Below, piece after piece: positions 53,632 to 63,319 of a DNA stretch of 64,000 nt (position 1 is the stretch's first letter; each line of letters starts with the position of its first letter). The notes below the pieces were generated by a model that was given only the letters and a program-made list of their open reading frames with translations, made no database searches and had not been told where the DNA came from. This stretch comes from a virus. The stretch is taken from positions 1 to 64,000 of the IMG/VR virus record IMGVR_UViG_3300009184_000033. One strand, given 5' to 3'. Position numbers and translations under genes: made by a program.

Positions 53632-54782
53632 CTGAAGTACCGTCCTATCTCCCTGTCGTAGCTCTCAGAAATTGCGGCGTGAGAGAAATTTTTCCGGACC
53701 TTGTCACCGAGATCAATGGCCCATTCCTTCGGCACCGCGCTTGATTCTCTGAACTTAGTGACCTTCTTCTTGAACTCTTGTTCAGATACTGATGCCCACT
53801 TCATTCCAGGAACAAATATCGTTCCATCAATTTTGCTCTGGTGCACATCAGTCAGCTGGTTCTCAAGCTTCACAAACTTCCCAAGGTTCATGAAGTCAAG
53901 GTGTCCAGACCAGTTTGTGGCAATCACAGGAACATCGCTTGCAGCCGCTTCCAAGATGGGAAGACCAAATCCCTCGCCTCTTGTCGCTGTAATGAGGGCC
54001 TTGATCTTCTCATTCTTGTACAGAGATGCAACTTCAGAAGTAGTCATCTCGCCGTGAAGAAGGTGGAATCTAGGGAATGGACCCTGTCGAACTTCCTTAA
54101 GAAGCTGGCGTAACATGTTCTCAGTGTGCTTTCTATCAAGAGTGCAGTTGCTGCCATGGTTGGTCTTGATGATGATGCCAACCTTGGGATCATTTCTAAA
54201 CAGCTCGCAAAGCCACTTGATGGTGTAGAACGTGTTCTTTCGGTCGTTCTCAGGGTTGTTCCCAGTGATCTGTCCGAACATGAGAAAGTTGAAGTCAGTC
54301 TGGACATCGATATCAAGAGGATCTGGACTCTTGAGAATATCTTCTGGAAAGCACTCGTGGACCACGGAAATCGGAGTGTTGACCCTTCCAGTCCTCTCGA
54401 TTGTCGATTTGACGAACGTAGAGGGAACTACAACGTGGCTCATGTTGTTGCATGCTTCAAGCCACTGTGGGTTGCACTTATCAGTCTCAACAAAGGCTGA
54501 GAGTCCAATGTTTACCTTTGCGAGGCTTGGATCCCACTCATTTGGAAGCTGGAGCTGAACAGAGACGTCGAACTTTTCATTTATCGGCGCAGTCCTCTTC
54601 ATGATCTCGCCGATGAGTCCATCTTCCATGTCGGGGTTTATCATCCAGGGTGTGATTCCCCAGTTCAAGACCTGACAGCGGAGGTCAATTCCCTTTTGGT
54701 CAAGAAGCCAGCGGAAGACTTGCCTCGAGTGATTTCCGTAACCAGATAAGGTGAGCAGCGGTGCTCGGCACAGTACTTTCAC
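53628..54782 (-). CDS. Glycosyltransferase family 4 (GT-B), 384 aa
   Basis: SGYGNHSR; RKN; ATRGEGFGLPILEAAASDVPVIATNWSGHLDF. Confidence 0.93.
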   Translation of the reverse strand: MKVLCRAPLLTLSGYGNHSRQVFRWLLDQKGIDLRCQVLNWGITPWMINPDMEDGLIGEIMKRTAPINEKFDVSVQLQLPNEWDPSLAKVNIGLSAFVETDKCNPQWLEACNNMSHVVVPSTFVKSTIERTGRVNTPISVVHECFPEDILKSPDPLDIDVQTDFNFLMFGQITGNNPENDRKNTFYTIKWLCELFRNDPKVGIIIKTNHGSNCTLDRKHTENMLRQLLKEVRQGPFPRFHLLHGEMTTSEVASLYKNEKIKALITATRGEGFGLPILEAAASDVPVIATNWSGHLDFMNLGKFVKLENQLTDVHQSKIDGTIFVPGMKWASVSEQEFKKKVTKFRESSAVPKEWAIDLGDKVRKNFSHAAISESYDREIGRYFR

Positions 54783-56032
54783 TTGACCTCCTTGAGATTC
54801 CAGCGGCTCTTCTTAGTAGTCTTCCAGTCTTCTACAGTCTTCTTTAGGGTCTCATGCCAAAGATCGACTGTCTTCTGGTAAGAGAATTCGCTCTTGACAT
54901 AGCTCTTGGCCTTTGTGCCGAGCTCACGCCTCTTGTCAAATCCCATGTCGTACATCTTCACAAGGGCTTGCGCGGTCTCATCGATATCGCAAAAGTCTTC
55001 ATAGATGTAGGGAACGTGCTGAGATCCTACAAGCGTCTTCTGCCGGATCTCTAGAGCGATTCCATTCTCAGATCCATCTCTGTGGTCTACAACTTGCCTT
55101 GTCAGGCCTCCAGTCTTTGCAGCAATGATTGGCCTGCCGCACTGCATGGCCTCTAACGTTGCTAGACCAAATCCCTCTGCGTAAGATATGTTGAGACAAC
55201 AGTCCGAAACATTGTGGAGGATGTTGATCTGCTCAAACCCGACGCGATCTGGAGAGAAGACTACGGTGTCTCTAAGCTCCAACTGCTCGGCGACCGAGTA
55301 GAGATTCGGGCCTTCCATGTCTTTTGGATCCGTGTGCATCACGAGAGTCGCTTTCGGATTTGCGTCTCCACGAGACTTGAGAATATCAAGCATCTTTTTC
55401 CAGGCCCAAAGCACGTCAGAAGGGCGCTTGCGCCTAGCATTCCTGTTCATCCAGAAAGTAACAAAGTGATCTTCTCTGGCAGGTCCAAGAATGTTTCTCT
55501 TGTGGATCTTGACCTGATCTTCTGGCATCTGATAGTAGACGGAATCAGGAAGAGCGTGGGGAATGAAGTTCGTCTTCTCAGGGAACTTTTCCCTGATGAG
55601 CTCATAAGTCATGTGAGAGTGGCAATTGATCAGATCAGTCGCCTCATAGAACGGCGAGTTGAACTCTGGATACGGGTGATTGTCCCATACATGCCACCAA
55701 ACGATCGGACAGACCTGGTGTACTTCATCTTCCATCTCAAAAAGCCAATAGAAGAACCTGGGGTCCGTGAACAGGAAGATGACATCTGGCTTTTCGGCAG
55801 CCAAAGTCTTCCTGATCAAATCTCTATCCCCAAATCCGTCTATTGGCTTTATGATGAAGTCTGGGTTGACCTGTATCGCGTCGTAGTTATCGTGCTTGAC
55901 CGCAGCGCCGAACTGTCTAACAGTCCACTCGCCCTTTGCAATCAGGCCGTTCACCAGGTGGCGGCTCTGAGTTCCCACGCCAGAAGTGCTCAGTGCGTGA
56001 TCAGACAAAAGTAGTATTTTCTTCTTGCTCAT
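54779..56032 (-). CDS. Glycosyltransferase family 4 (GT-B), 417 aa
   Basis: ILLLSDH...SGVG; NRNARRKRP; ISYAEGFGLATLEAMQCGRPIIA. Confidence 0.93.
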   Translation of the reverse strand: MSKKKILLLSDHALSTSGVGTQSRHLVNGLIAKGEWTVRQFGAAVKHDNYDAIQVNPDFIIKPIDGFGDRDLIRKTLAAEKPDVIFLFTDPRFFYWLFEMEDEVHQVCPIVWWHVWDNHPYPEFNSPFYEATDLINCHSHMTYELIREKFPEKTNFIPHALPDSVYYQMPEDQVKIHKRNILGPAREDHFVTFWMNRNARRKRPSDVLWAWKKMLDILKSRGDANPKATLVMHTDPKDMEGPNLYSVAEQLELRDTVVFSPDRVGFEQINILHNVSDCCLNISYAEGFGLATLEAMQCGRPIIAAKTGGLTRQVVDHRDGSENGIALEIRQKTLVGSQHVPYIYEDFCDIDETAQALVKMYDMGFDKRRELGTKAKSYVKSEFSYQKTVDLWHETLKKTVEDWKTTKKSRWNLKEVK

Positions 56033-56086
56033 ATTCCTCTAGAACCTTTGCAAAACTATCAATGGCTCTAGATGGTTTAAAGGAGA

Positions 56087-56884
56087 TCAAGTGCAATACT
56101 TAGTCTGATGGTAGTCACAGTACTTACAGGACTCTCGATTCTTCATGAAGAGTCCGCGCTTCACTGAGGCGATCATGTTGGCAACCATCTTCCTCGCCTT
56201 CTCTTCAACGGTTGGCCCGACCGAGACTGTGAACAGCTCACAGGAGCGTCCAGGCTTCACGCCCTTCTTGAGAAGAACATAGCCGCACTTCACGTCCTTT
56301 GACGGCAAAGACTTCTTGGCTCGCCAGAAAGACTTGTAGAGAGCGATCTGTGCCAGGACATTGAAGTCTCGGCGTTTGTCTGTGCTCCATCCACGGGCAC
56401 TGGAAGTCTTCCAGTCGATCACCCAGTAGACCCGACCCCGCTTGCCATCGCACTCAATGAGACCGTCGATGAATCCCTTGAACTTGATCTCCTGCCCAGG
56501 GATATCCTCATAGAGTGCATGCTCAGCCTCTATTGCGACCCAATTAGGAAAATTCTGATCAAGGAAAGCTGGAACTTCATCAAGGATCTGACGAGCCCAC
56601 TTGACCCAGCTGTCGACAAGTCCATTCTTCTTGGCGTCAGGAAGCTCATCAAACTTCTTCTCCGCCCACACGCGGCGAATCTCAGCCTCGACATTGTCAG
56701 GATTCATGGTCCTGGTTGTCAGGAAGTTCTCGAGCTCGGCGTGGACTATGGTTCCAAAGTCAAGATTGGGAGATGGCTTCGAAAGATCGACCTTGTCGAT
56801 CTGAGCCAGCTTGTGACGCCATGGACACTCCTTCCAGGTCTTGATTTCAGAGTAAGATACGTGTGGCTTTTGGGTTGGGAACAT
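56087..56884 (-). CDS. PD-(D/E)XK RecB-family nuclease (Cas4/AddB-like, predicted 4Fe-4S), 265 aa
   Basis: ECPW...FGTIVH...KGFIDGL...VIDWKTS...QIALY...CKYCDYHQTKYC. Confidence 0.85.
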   Translation of the reverse strand: MFPTQKPHVSYSEIKTWKECPWRHKLAQIDKVDLSKPSPNLDFGTIVHAELENFLTTRTMNPDNVEAEIRRVWAEKKFDELPDAKKNGLVDSWVKWARQILDEVPAFLDQNFPNWVAIEAEHALYEDIPGQEIKFKGFIDGLIECDGKRGRVYWVIDWKTSSARGWSTDKRRDFNVLAQIALYKSFWRAKKSLPSKDVKCGYVLLKKGVKPGRSCELFTVSVGPTVEEKARKMVANMIASVKRGLFMKNRESCKYCDYHQTKYCT

Positions 56885-56920
56885 GCAAAATCATATACCA
56901 ACGCAATCTCAATTTCACAT

Positions 56921-57892
56921 TTACAGAGACTTTTTTGTGAGTTCAAGATCCGCTTCGTACATCAGCTTTGCCAGACTCTTGAACGTAGTCTTAGGAGTCC
57001 ATCCAAGCTTTTCCTTCGCCTTTGAGTAGTCGCCCTCAAGCCACGGAACCTCGTGTGGCCTCTTCAACCTGTCGTCAATCACAAGGTGCTCGTCCACATT
57101 GAGACCCGCAATATCAAACACTTCGTTCAGGAATTCTCTGACCGTGTGGGTCTCACCAGTTGCGACAACGTAGTCATCAGGCTTGTCCTGTTGGAGCATA
57201 AGCCACATCGCCTCAACGTAGTCCTTGGCATAGCCCCAGTCTCGTAGAGCGTCGAGGTTCCCAAGAGAGATCTTGTCCTGTAGGCCAAGCTTGATCCGCG
57301 CCGCCGCCAAGGTGATCTTGCGAGTCACAAAAGTCTCGCCACGCCGCGGACTCTCATGATTGAACAGAATACCAGAAGATGCGTGGATTCCGTAACCCTC
57401 ACGGTAGTTGCGAGTGAGACCATGCGCGAAGACCTTGGCGCAAGCATATGGTGAGGCTGGCATCAGACGAGTCTCCTCACTCTGAGGGTGCTCGGGATTA
57501 TCTCCGTACATCTCAGAAGAAGATGCCTGGTAAAATCTGCAGCTCGGCTGCATGGTCCTGATACATTCTAGCAGTCTCAAAGGACCAACAGCGACGGCAT
57601 CCACAGTCTCTTCTGGAACGTCAAAAGAAACTCGGACGTGAGACTGCGCAGCAAGATTGTAGACTTCATCGAACTTTTGATTCGAAAAGAGCCTGTAGAA
57701 AGATCCTGCATCATTCATGGAGCCATAGACAAGCTGAAAGTTCGGGTGCTTAAGCAGGTGATCAATTCGATCAGTCGCAAGAAGAGAAGTTCTCCTCTTC
57801 ATTCCAATAACTCTGTAGTCTTTCTCTAGAAGGAGCTCGGCGAGATAGCTCCCATCTTGCCCAGTGACTCCAGTGACTAGTGCAGTCTTCAC
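56921..57892 (-). CDS. gmd: GDP-mannose 4,6-dehydratase, 323 aa
   Basis: [19 protein letters not shown]; [13 protein letters not shown]; YQASSSE; SPYACAK; [18 protein letters not shown]; [10 protein letters not shown]. Confidence 0.97.
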   Translation of the reverse strand: MKTALVTGVTGQDGSYLAELLLEKDYRVIGMKRRTSLLATDRIDHLLKHPNFQLVYGSMNDAGSFYRLFSNQKFDEVYNLAAQSHVRVSFDVPEETVDAVAVGPLRLLECIRTMQPSCRFYQASSSEMYGDNPEHPQSEETRLMPASPYACAKVFAHGLTRNYREGYGIHASSGILFNHESPRRGETFVTRKITLAAARIKLGLQDKISLGNLDALRDWGYAKDYVEAMWLMLQQDKPDDYVVATGETHTVREFLNEVFDIAGLNVDEHLVIDDRLKRPHEVPWLEGDYSKAKEKLGWTPKTTFKSLAKLMYEADLELTKKSL

Positions 57893-58602
57893 GTTGAGTC
57901 CTTTGTGCGGTTAAAGATTTCTTGCTTGACAAACACTGTGTTTACTTGATCTCTATAGACTTCACTATAACCAGAATTCAAGATGAAGTTTCTTACTCTC
58001 TGCTCTCTTTCTACAATTTCACTGTATCTGGCAAAGTCTTTGTGCCCATCTTGAATCTCGCAAATCAGCATCTTGGGGTCTAGCTGCTTGAGATCGAAAG
58101 ATCTCAATACGCTTTCTTCGTAGCCTTCAACGTCGATCACGAGTAGATCAGCATTCTTCAAGCCAACGGCGTCTAAGATAGTTTCCAACCTATAGACTTG
58201 AACCTCTCTTACTCCAGAGAAATTCTGTTCCAAAGCTTCTTTAGCCCACGAGATCTCTTTGTAAGCTTCAAGATGGTCCTTGTCAAGTGTCGTGATGCTG
58301 GCTGCGACAGCAATTCTTGCTTTTGATTCGACTTCTCCAACAGCGCAACAAACTACTTTTATCTCAGGATTGTGAGAGTGATTCAAAGAGCAGGCACGAG
58401 CGTACTCAGAGACAGGCTCAACATATAGCCCTTTCCAGCCAAGCTTAGATAAGGCGTAAGTGTTGCTCCAGCTTATTCCATCATAAGCGCCGACCTCTAC
58501 AAAAACTGGGTCCTCACCAGCGTTTGGCAAGAGCCACTTATTGTATATCTGCTCCAAAGATTCAATCTGGCAATCATGAGGAACCTCAAGCTTAGTGTAC
58601 AT
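57889..58602 (-). CDS. FkbM-family SAM methyltransferase, 237 aa
   Basis: [15 protein letters not shown]...GWKGLYVEP...[14 protein letters not shown]. Confidence 0.9.
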   Translation of the reverse strand: MYTKLEVPHDCQIESLEQIYNKWLLPNAGEDPVFVEVGAYDGISWSNTYALSKLGWKGLYVEPVSEYARACSLNHSHNPEIKVVCCAVGEVESKARIAVAASITTLDKDHLEAYKEISWAKEALEQNFSGVREVQVYRLETILDAVGLKNADLLVIDVEGYEESVLRSFDLKQLDPKMLICEIQDGHKDFARYSEIVEREQRVRNFILNSGYSEVYRDQVNTVFVKQEIFNRTKDST

Positions 58603-59524
58603 GGAATCCTCTTACGTTTGGATATCGATCTTGGAATTTTCTAATAGTCTCTTGAAGGCCTTCTCGAAGTGGTGTATACTCTGCTGACCAGCCAAGAGAC
58701 CTCAGCTTATCATTTGAAGACGGCTTCTCGTACTGTCCGTCAGGCTTTGAAGAGTCAAACTTGATGTGTCCCTCAAATCCGATTTCCTCTCCGATCATCA
58801 GAGAAAGATTTTCGATAGAGACCCAATCAGGGTTACCGATGTTGATAGGCTCCTCGCCATCATAGTTTTCCGCAAGCCACAGAATGATCTTGGCTGCGTC
58901 CCTGGCAAAAGTGAACTCACGGATTGGACGTCCAGATCCCCAGACAACGACTTCATTCCTGCCTGCCTGCATTGCCTCATGGAACTTCCGGATGAGAGCT
59001 GGAATGACATGACCACTGTTGAGATCGTAGTTGTCATTGATACCGTAGAGATTGTTTGGAATGACCGAGATGAAGTTGCACCCAAACTGCTGGCGATAAG
59101 CCCTGCTCTGGACCTCAAGCATCCTCTTTGCGTACGCATATCCAAAGTTCGATAGATGCGGAGGACCCATGTGAAGCTGATCCTCTGTGAGCGGGTACTT
59201 CACATAAGGCGCGTCTGGGTAGATGCAGGTCGAGAGCACAGAGACAAGCTTCAGCTTATTCACTCTGCAGGCATTCAGCACATTCATGTTCATCTTGACA
59301 TTGTCATCAAAGAAGTCAGCGACATAGTCAGTGTTAGCCTTCACACCTCCGACCCTTGCGGCACAGTGAATGACCGTGTCTACTCGTCCATCTTCCAGAG
59401 TGAGGATAGCATGATTCGAATCCGTGAGATCACATTCTCTCGAGCTGAGTCCAACGGAACCAGGAGACAGAGCAAGAATCTCGCTGCCAAGAAGTCCAGT
59501 TGCTCCTGTGACTAAATTTTTCAT
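58592..59524 (-). CDS. fcl: GDP-L-fucose synthase (GDP-4-keto-6-deoxymannose epimerase/reductase), 310 aa
   Basis: Start at MKNLVTGATGLLGS (ATG 59524, ATGA overlap); HCAARVGGV; STCIYP; YAYAKR; PNNLYGINDNY; HVIPALI; WGSGRPIREF. Confidence 0.95.
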   Translation of the reverse strand: MKNLVTGATGLLGSEILALSPGSVGLSSRECDLTDSNHAILTLEDGRVDTVIHCAARVGGVKANTDYVADFFDDNVKMNMNVLNACRVNKLKLVSVLSTCIYPDAPYVKYPLTEDQLHMGPPHLSNFGYAYAKRMLEVQSRAYRQQFGCNFISVIPNNLYGINDNYDLNSGHVIPALIRKFHEAMQAGRNEVVVWGSGRPIREFTFARDAAKIILWLAENYDGEEPINIGNPDWVSIENLSLMIGEEIGFEGHIKFDSSKPDGQYEKPSSNDKLRSLGWSAEYTPLREGLQETIRKFQDRYPNVRGFHVH

Positions 59525-59751
59525 TTGATAAGGACCTCGTCGCCTGTCCAGACAGCGACTCCAAGACAAGCTAAGTTCCACTTTTTCACGTCACCCTCAA
59601 GCGAAGATTCACTCCAGGATGGGACTTTAATGTTGACTCCAGAAGCGCATCTCTCGACTCCGTCTTGGAAGATACGCCACACAAGATTGCTATTGCCATG
59701 CTTTGTGTTAAATCTGATCAAGAACTTGCTGGTAGCTATGTCATCTTTCAT
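59521..59751 (-). CDS. Hypothetical protein, 76 aa
   Basis: ATGA overlaps at both ends. Confidence 0.65.
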   Translation of the reverse strand: MKDDIATSKFLIRFNTKHGNSNLVWRIFQDGVERCASGVNIKVPSWSESSLEGDVKKWNLACLGVAVWTGDEVLIK

Positions 59752-60395
59752 GGCGCAATCTCAAAGAGGTAATCTGCCCACCATCTGTCATCAGAGAAAT
59801 CATGAAACTCTCCTCTAGTCACTATGCCGTGGCTAGAACCAACTAAAATGTAACCAAACTGTTTGAGATATTCAGCTGCTGATTGTACTGTGTTGTCTGG
59901 AAGATCAGGGTAGATTTTCCCCTTCCTTGCGTCTTCTAGCTCTAGGGTTATCGATCCAATCTTCTGCGACCTGAGATAAGCCTCAAAGGTCTTCAATATT
60001 GTGAGATCTGCACCCTGGGCGTCTGTTATCAGAGTGTCTATCTGTTCGATTCCCTTAGACTGCAAATAAGCAGGATAGTTCACGCTTCTGACCTTCACAA
60101 CTTTGCCATTATGAAGATTTTCATGTGAACGATAGGGAAAATCTAAACTATTTCCCTTTGATATAGAGCTTGTGCCAAGGTCTGATCCACCTGAAAGCGT
60201 AAACTCAATCTCGCCATCATGAGTCCATGCTGCGGCAGTCATGACCTCGACATTTGGAATCTCATTAAGTCGCTTGTGAAGATCCGCATACTTCTCAAGA
60301 GGGTCAATCCCATAGTGCCTATCGAATCTTCCTGAGTTCACTAGCTCTATGAATGTAGAGCAATAAGATAGACCGATGTATACCAGATTCTTCAC
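59748..60395 (-). CDS. FkbM-like SAM methyltransferase, 215 aa
   Basis: HYGIDPL...TAAAW...LITDAQGADLTILK...ITLE; motif I is degenerate (YIGLSY). Confidence 0.75.
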   Translation of the reverse strand: MKNLVYIGLSYCSTFIELVNSGRFDRHYGIDPLEKYADLHKRLNEIPNVEVMTAAAWTHDGEIEFTLSGGSDLGTSSISKGNSLDFPYRSHENLHNGKVVKVRSVNYPAYLQSKGIEQIDTLITDAQGADLTILKTFEAYLRSQKIGSITLELEDARKGKIYPDLPDNTVQSAAEYLKQFGYILVGSSHGIVTRGEFHDFSDDRWWADYLFEIAP

Positions 60396-60410
60396 GGCTA
60401 ATTCCTTTGT

Positions 60411-61091
60411 CTAGGCTTCAAAGAGAGGGCTAGTAATGTTCTCACTGGTGATCATGCACCACGAAGAACAGCTGGGGTTGGGGTCAAAATCTAATCTTCC
60501 GCCTTGAAATCGATGGGTAGCGCTGTACTTTGGCCAAACTGCGCCGGCAGAATTTAGAGTGTCAATTATGGAAGCAGACCTAATCTGTGCATTGCAGCCT
60601 TCGACTCTAGGATTCTTGAGGTCGTCAATCAGTATGACGTAATTCTTGTACTTTTGAGTTATTAGCTCAACTTCTCTTAGGACGGTTGGATCATCATCTT
60701 CATCAGAATGAGCGTCTAGCCAAAATACAGGAATAGCATCGCGGGGCACGGCCTTATCGATCTGCCCAAGAAAGCTCAAAGAGTCCGAGTGAGTTATCGA
60801 GACATTTTTGCGGACGGAACATTGCAAAGTTGCTGCTTCGTAGTTGCTCCTTGAGAGCTCGCAGCTATGTAAAATTGTCCCTGGAGAATTCAAAGAAACG
60901 TAGTCGCAGGTGATGCCTAAGTACGTTCCTGTCTCTACAAAGATGTCATAATGCCTCAAGAGCTTGATCATAAAATCACAGAGAATCGCGTCTCTATGAA
61001 ATCCAGAGATCCTCTCGTTACGAAACTCGATGCAAGAGTTTGTTCTCAGGAACTCTTGCGCGTCAAACGCCGCAATTGAAACAGAAGACAT
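60411..61091 (-). CDS. Class I SAM-dependent methyltransferase, 226 aa
   Basis: FVETGTYLG...LHSCELS...SDSLSFL...FWLDAH...ILIDD. Confidence 0.85.
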   Translation of the reverse strand: MSSVSIAAFDAQEFLRTNSCIEFRNERISGFHRDAILCDFMIKLLRHYDIFVETGTYLGITCDYVSLNSPGTILHSCELSRSNYEAATLQCSVRKNVSITHSDSLSFLGQIDKAVPRDAIPVFWLDAHSDEDDDPTVLREVELITQKYKNYVILIDDLKNPRVEGCNAQIRSASIIDTLNSAGAVWPKYSATHRFQGGRLDFDPNPSCSSWCMITSENITSPLFEA

Positions 61092-61757
61092 TCACTTACC
61101 GGTGCTTTGAAAGATTTCTAGTCCTGAGACGTCGTGGTACTTCCAAGAACCGCCACAGTCTTTGTTGTCGTCAGAGACCTCAAGGAACAGTTGAATTCCT
61201 CTAGCGGCCTGCTCGGGTGGCATGTACATGTTCCATCCCATCATCTGGATCTTGTCCTGATCGTAGGGCACAGTAATATCGCGCCCCTCGTACCGAGCAA
61301 GCTTGAACCAGTCATATGCTGCCTTGTCATTTGTCAGGATCATGCCGCCCTTTCCAATCGGCACTGTCTTCTTGATGTGGAAGGAAAGACAGTGGAATGT
61401 ATCCTGCACATACATCCCCTTGGTGAATCTCGTAGCTCCATCGACAATGTTGTATGGATCTAGCTTGTAGCACCCAGACCAATCGAAGTCGACAAAATCT
61501 GGAGTACAGCCAGCGTGTATGATAGTCTGTGGAACTGAGACATACGTGCGGGATGGAATTTTTATCTTGCCGCTAGCGTTGTTGTACCTGAGACAGAGAA
61601 ACAACGCGTCGGTGCAATTATCGACGCTTACAGCGTACTTGCTACCTGCGTAGTTAGCGACCATCTTCTCAAACGCATCAACAACGTCCCAGGGGTCATT
61701 GATGACAAACCCAAGACCCTCTAGCTTTGGCTTAATTTCCTCAATACTAGCGAACAT
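61092..61757 (-). CDS. DegT/DnrJ/EryC1/StrS-family PLP sugar aminotransferase, short form, 221 aa
   Basis: AFEKMVANYAGSKYAVSVDNCTDAL; PSRTYVS; IVDGA; LSFHIKKTVPIGKGGMILTND. Confidence 0.85.
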   Translation of the reverse strand: MFASIEEIKPKLEGLGFVINDPWDVVDAFEKMVANYAGSKYAVSVDNCTDALFLCLRYNNASGKIKIPSRTYVSVPQTIIHAGCTPDFVDFDWSGCYKLDPYNIVDGATRFTKGMYVQDTFHCLSFHIKKTVPIGKGGMILTNDKAAYDWFKLARYEGRDITVPYDQDKIQMMGWNMYMPPEQAARGIQLFLEVSDDNKDCGGSWKYHDVSGLEIFQSTGK

Positions 61758-62643
61758 TCTCCTCCCACCAAAGCAACAGGTTCAAATACTGCAGCTCATG
61801 TTCCTTTAGTTTATCTCGAGAGATCAGAAGTTTAGCAAGCTGCTTAGATCTCACGGGAGATCTTGACTTCCAAACTTCTGACTGATCATCTATGGCGCCT
61901 GCAACGTGGTCTTTGGTCAGCGTGAAGCTCTCAGCAGATGGACTCAAGCCGTACGTCAAAGCACAATTTTGAGCGTCTCTAAACTTGTGCGGGAAATCCT
62001 TGTGGTGAGTCATCTGATTGAAGACTTTCCAGACTAGATCGACAACTGATTCGCTTCTAGCGACTCTCTCAGGGTGCGCAAAAGTATCGTGCTCGTGTCT
62101 GGTGTTCCTTACTCTTATGCTGTCAAAGCATACCTGCTTGTTCGGCGCAATCTTGTTGCCCAAATACTGGCAGAATAAGCTGACTCCGCCGCTTGCGTGG
62201 CAAACAAATGGAAAGACATTCTCCATGAACGACCGGTGATAGACATTAGTCTGTTGGTCGTAGTCGGTGATGCAGAACGCCTCTTTGCCTTCTGGATTTT
62301 CATAAACAATTTTTCCGCTACTGACTTCTTGGAAAGTAGCGCAAAGTGGCTTCCACTTCTCGAGGCAACGAAGAATCTCGCTGGCAGGATCTTCAGTGAT
62401 GAATTCCGTGTCATCATCTATGAAGATGTAGTACTCGTAGTTCTTCTGGACCACATCGTACAAGAATGTCCGACCCTCAGAAAATAGAAGCTTAGACTGG
62501 TAGAAGTCCGACGCAGGATCTTCAGGGGTGCTCCAGTTCAGTCTATAGAAGTCGCAAAAGTCACGCGTGAATAGCTCGCGCTTTTGGACTGACAGAGGGT
62601 CATTGACGTACCTTCCCTGCTCGAGTATGCAGAACTTTTTCAT
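61747..62643 (-). CDS. Putative GT-A fold glycosyltransferase, 298 aa
   Basis: FSEGRTFLY...YEYYIFIDDD (DxD motif after a hydrophobic strand); gene context. Confidence 0.55.
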   Translation of the reverse strand: MKKFCILEQGRYVNDPLSVQKRELFTRDFCDFYRLNWSTPEDPASDFYQSKLLFSEGRTFLYDVVQKNYEYYIFIDDDTEFITEDPASEILRCLEKWKPLCATFQEVSSGKIVYENPEGKEAFCITDYDQQTNVYHRSFMENVFPFVCHASGGVSLFCQYLGNKIAPNKQVCFDSIRVRNTRHEHDTFAHPERVARSESVVDLVWKVFNQMTHHKDFPHKFRDAQNCALTYGLSPSAESFTLTKDHVAGAIDDQSEVWKSRSPVRSKQLAKLLISRDKLKEHELQYLNLLLWWEENVR

Positions 62644-63311
62644 CGAGAAAACTCAGAGTAGTAGCCTCCAACCTTGAAATCTGTTCCCTTGGTGACTGAG
62701 GTGAGGTTTCTCTCTGGAAAGTATTTGTCTCTTGGCAGGATTCTAAAGTCCAAGCTCACGCGAGTGAGACCAGTCTCATTGATCTTGTTTCCGTGCGTGA
62801 GCTTGTTTCCATTGAAGCAGACCAGTTGGCCAGGATGACAGTTCATGGGCTTATAGTCTCCGAGTCCTGGTACGCTCTCGCACCAAGTAGCGCTGGTCCC
62901 ATACATCACTGTGAGAGGGATCTGGAAATTGATTTCTCCATCAGGGTGCCTGTGGTCTATATCGCTATCATAGTGCCACTTGTAAGTGGCCTTGTAGTTT
63001 GGAACATGGACTCTGAACGAAGGAAATGTCTGATAGATAAATTCCTTGTTGACGAGGGGAGAAACGACTTCACGCAAGATGCCGTGATAAGCATCGATGA
63101 TTTCAGTCCAAGAGAATGGACCATCATGGTTCAGCCTCTTATAGAAAGCAGAGTGATACTCAGTCTTGCTCTCATTGCTACTGTCAAGGTTATCGAACAT
63201 GAGGTCGCTTCTCTGGACATGCAGAAGCTCTAAAGCAGTCACGCCGAACAGATCTTGCACGTGGCTTCTGATCGGAAATTTGGTCTCATCGTAGTCAAGA
63301 ATTACCGGCAT
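62640..63311 (-). CDS. StrG-like Fe(II)/2-oxoglutarate-type oxygenase, 223 aa
   Basis: YQTFPSFRVH...WHYDSD (HxD)...INFQIPLT...FNGNKLTHGN (distal His)...TRVSLDFR. Confidence 0.75.
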   Translation of the reverse strand: MPVILDYDETKFPIRSHVQDLFGVTALELLHVQRSDLMFDNLDSSNESKTEYHSAFYKRLNHDGPFSWTEIIDAYHGILREVVSPLVNKEFIYQTFPSFRVHVPNYKATYKWHYDSDIDHRHPDGEINFQIPLTVMYGTSATWCESVPGLGDYKPMNCHPGQLVCFNGNKLTHGNKINETGLTRVSLDFRILPRDKYFPERNLTSVTKGTDFKVGGYYSEFSR

Positions 63312-63319
63312 GGAGTCTC

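Noticed and set aside
56087-56884. Cas4-like gene as part of a CRISPR-Cas system
   Set aside because: No repeat-spacer array and no cas1, cas2 or effector gene seen in the window
56921-59524. Giant eukaryotic virus or host chromosome origin for gmd/fcl
   Set aside because: The genes are contiguous and co-directional with T4-like structural genes, use bacterial-style overlaps and RBSs, and no integration boundary or NCLDV core gene is visible
12454-59581. Longer N-terminal extensions given in the ORF track (8510, 13167, 16273, 20692, 59581, 14414, 25290)
   Set aside because: Most overlap the upstream gene or lack an RBS. Downstream starts give better RBS spacing or stop-start coupling and begin at the family motif.
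6472-61094. Neighbouring genes in frame across a single stop (6475 TAA, 19953 TGA, 24724 TAG, 27651 TGA, 49871 TAA, 50682 TAG, 61092 TGA), suggesting read-through or a recoded stop
   Set aside because: All three stop codons are involved, about a third of non-overlapping junctions are expected in frame by chance, and conserved proteins are full length under code 11
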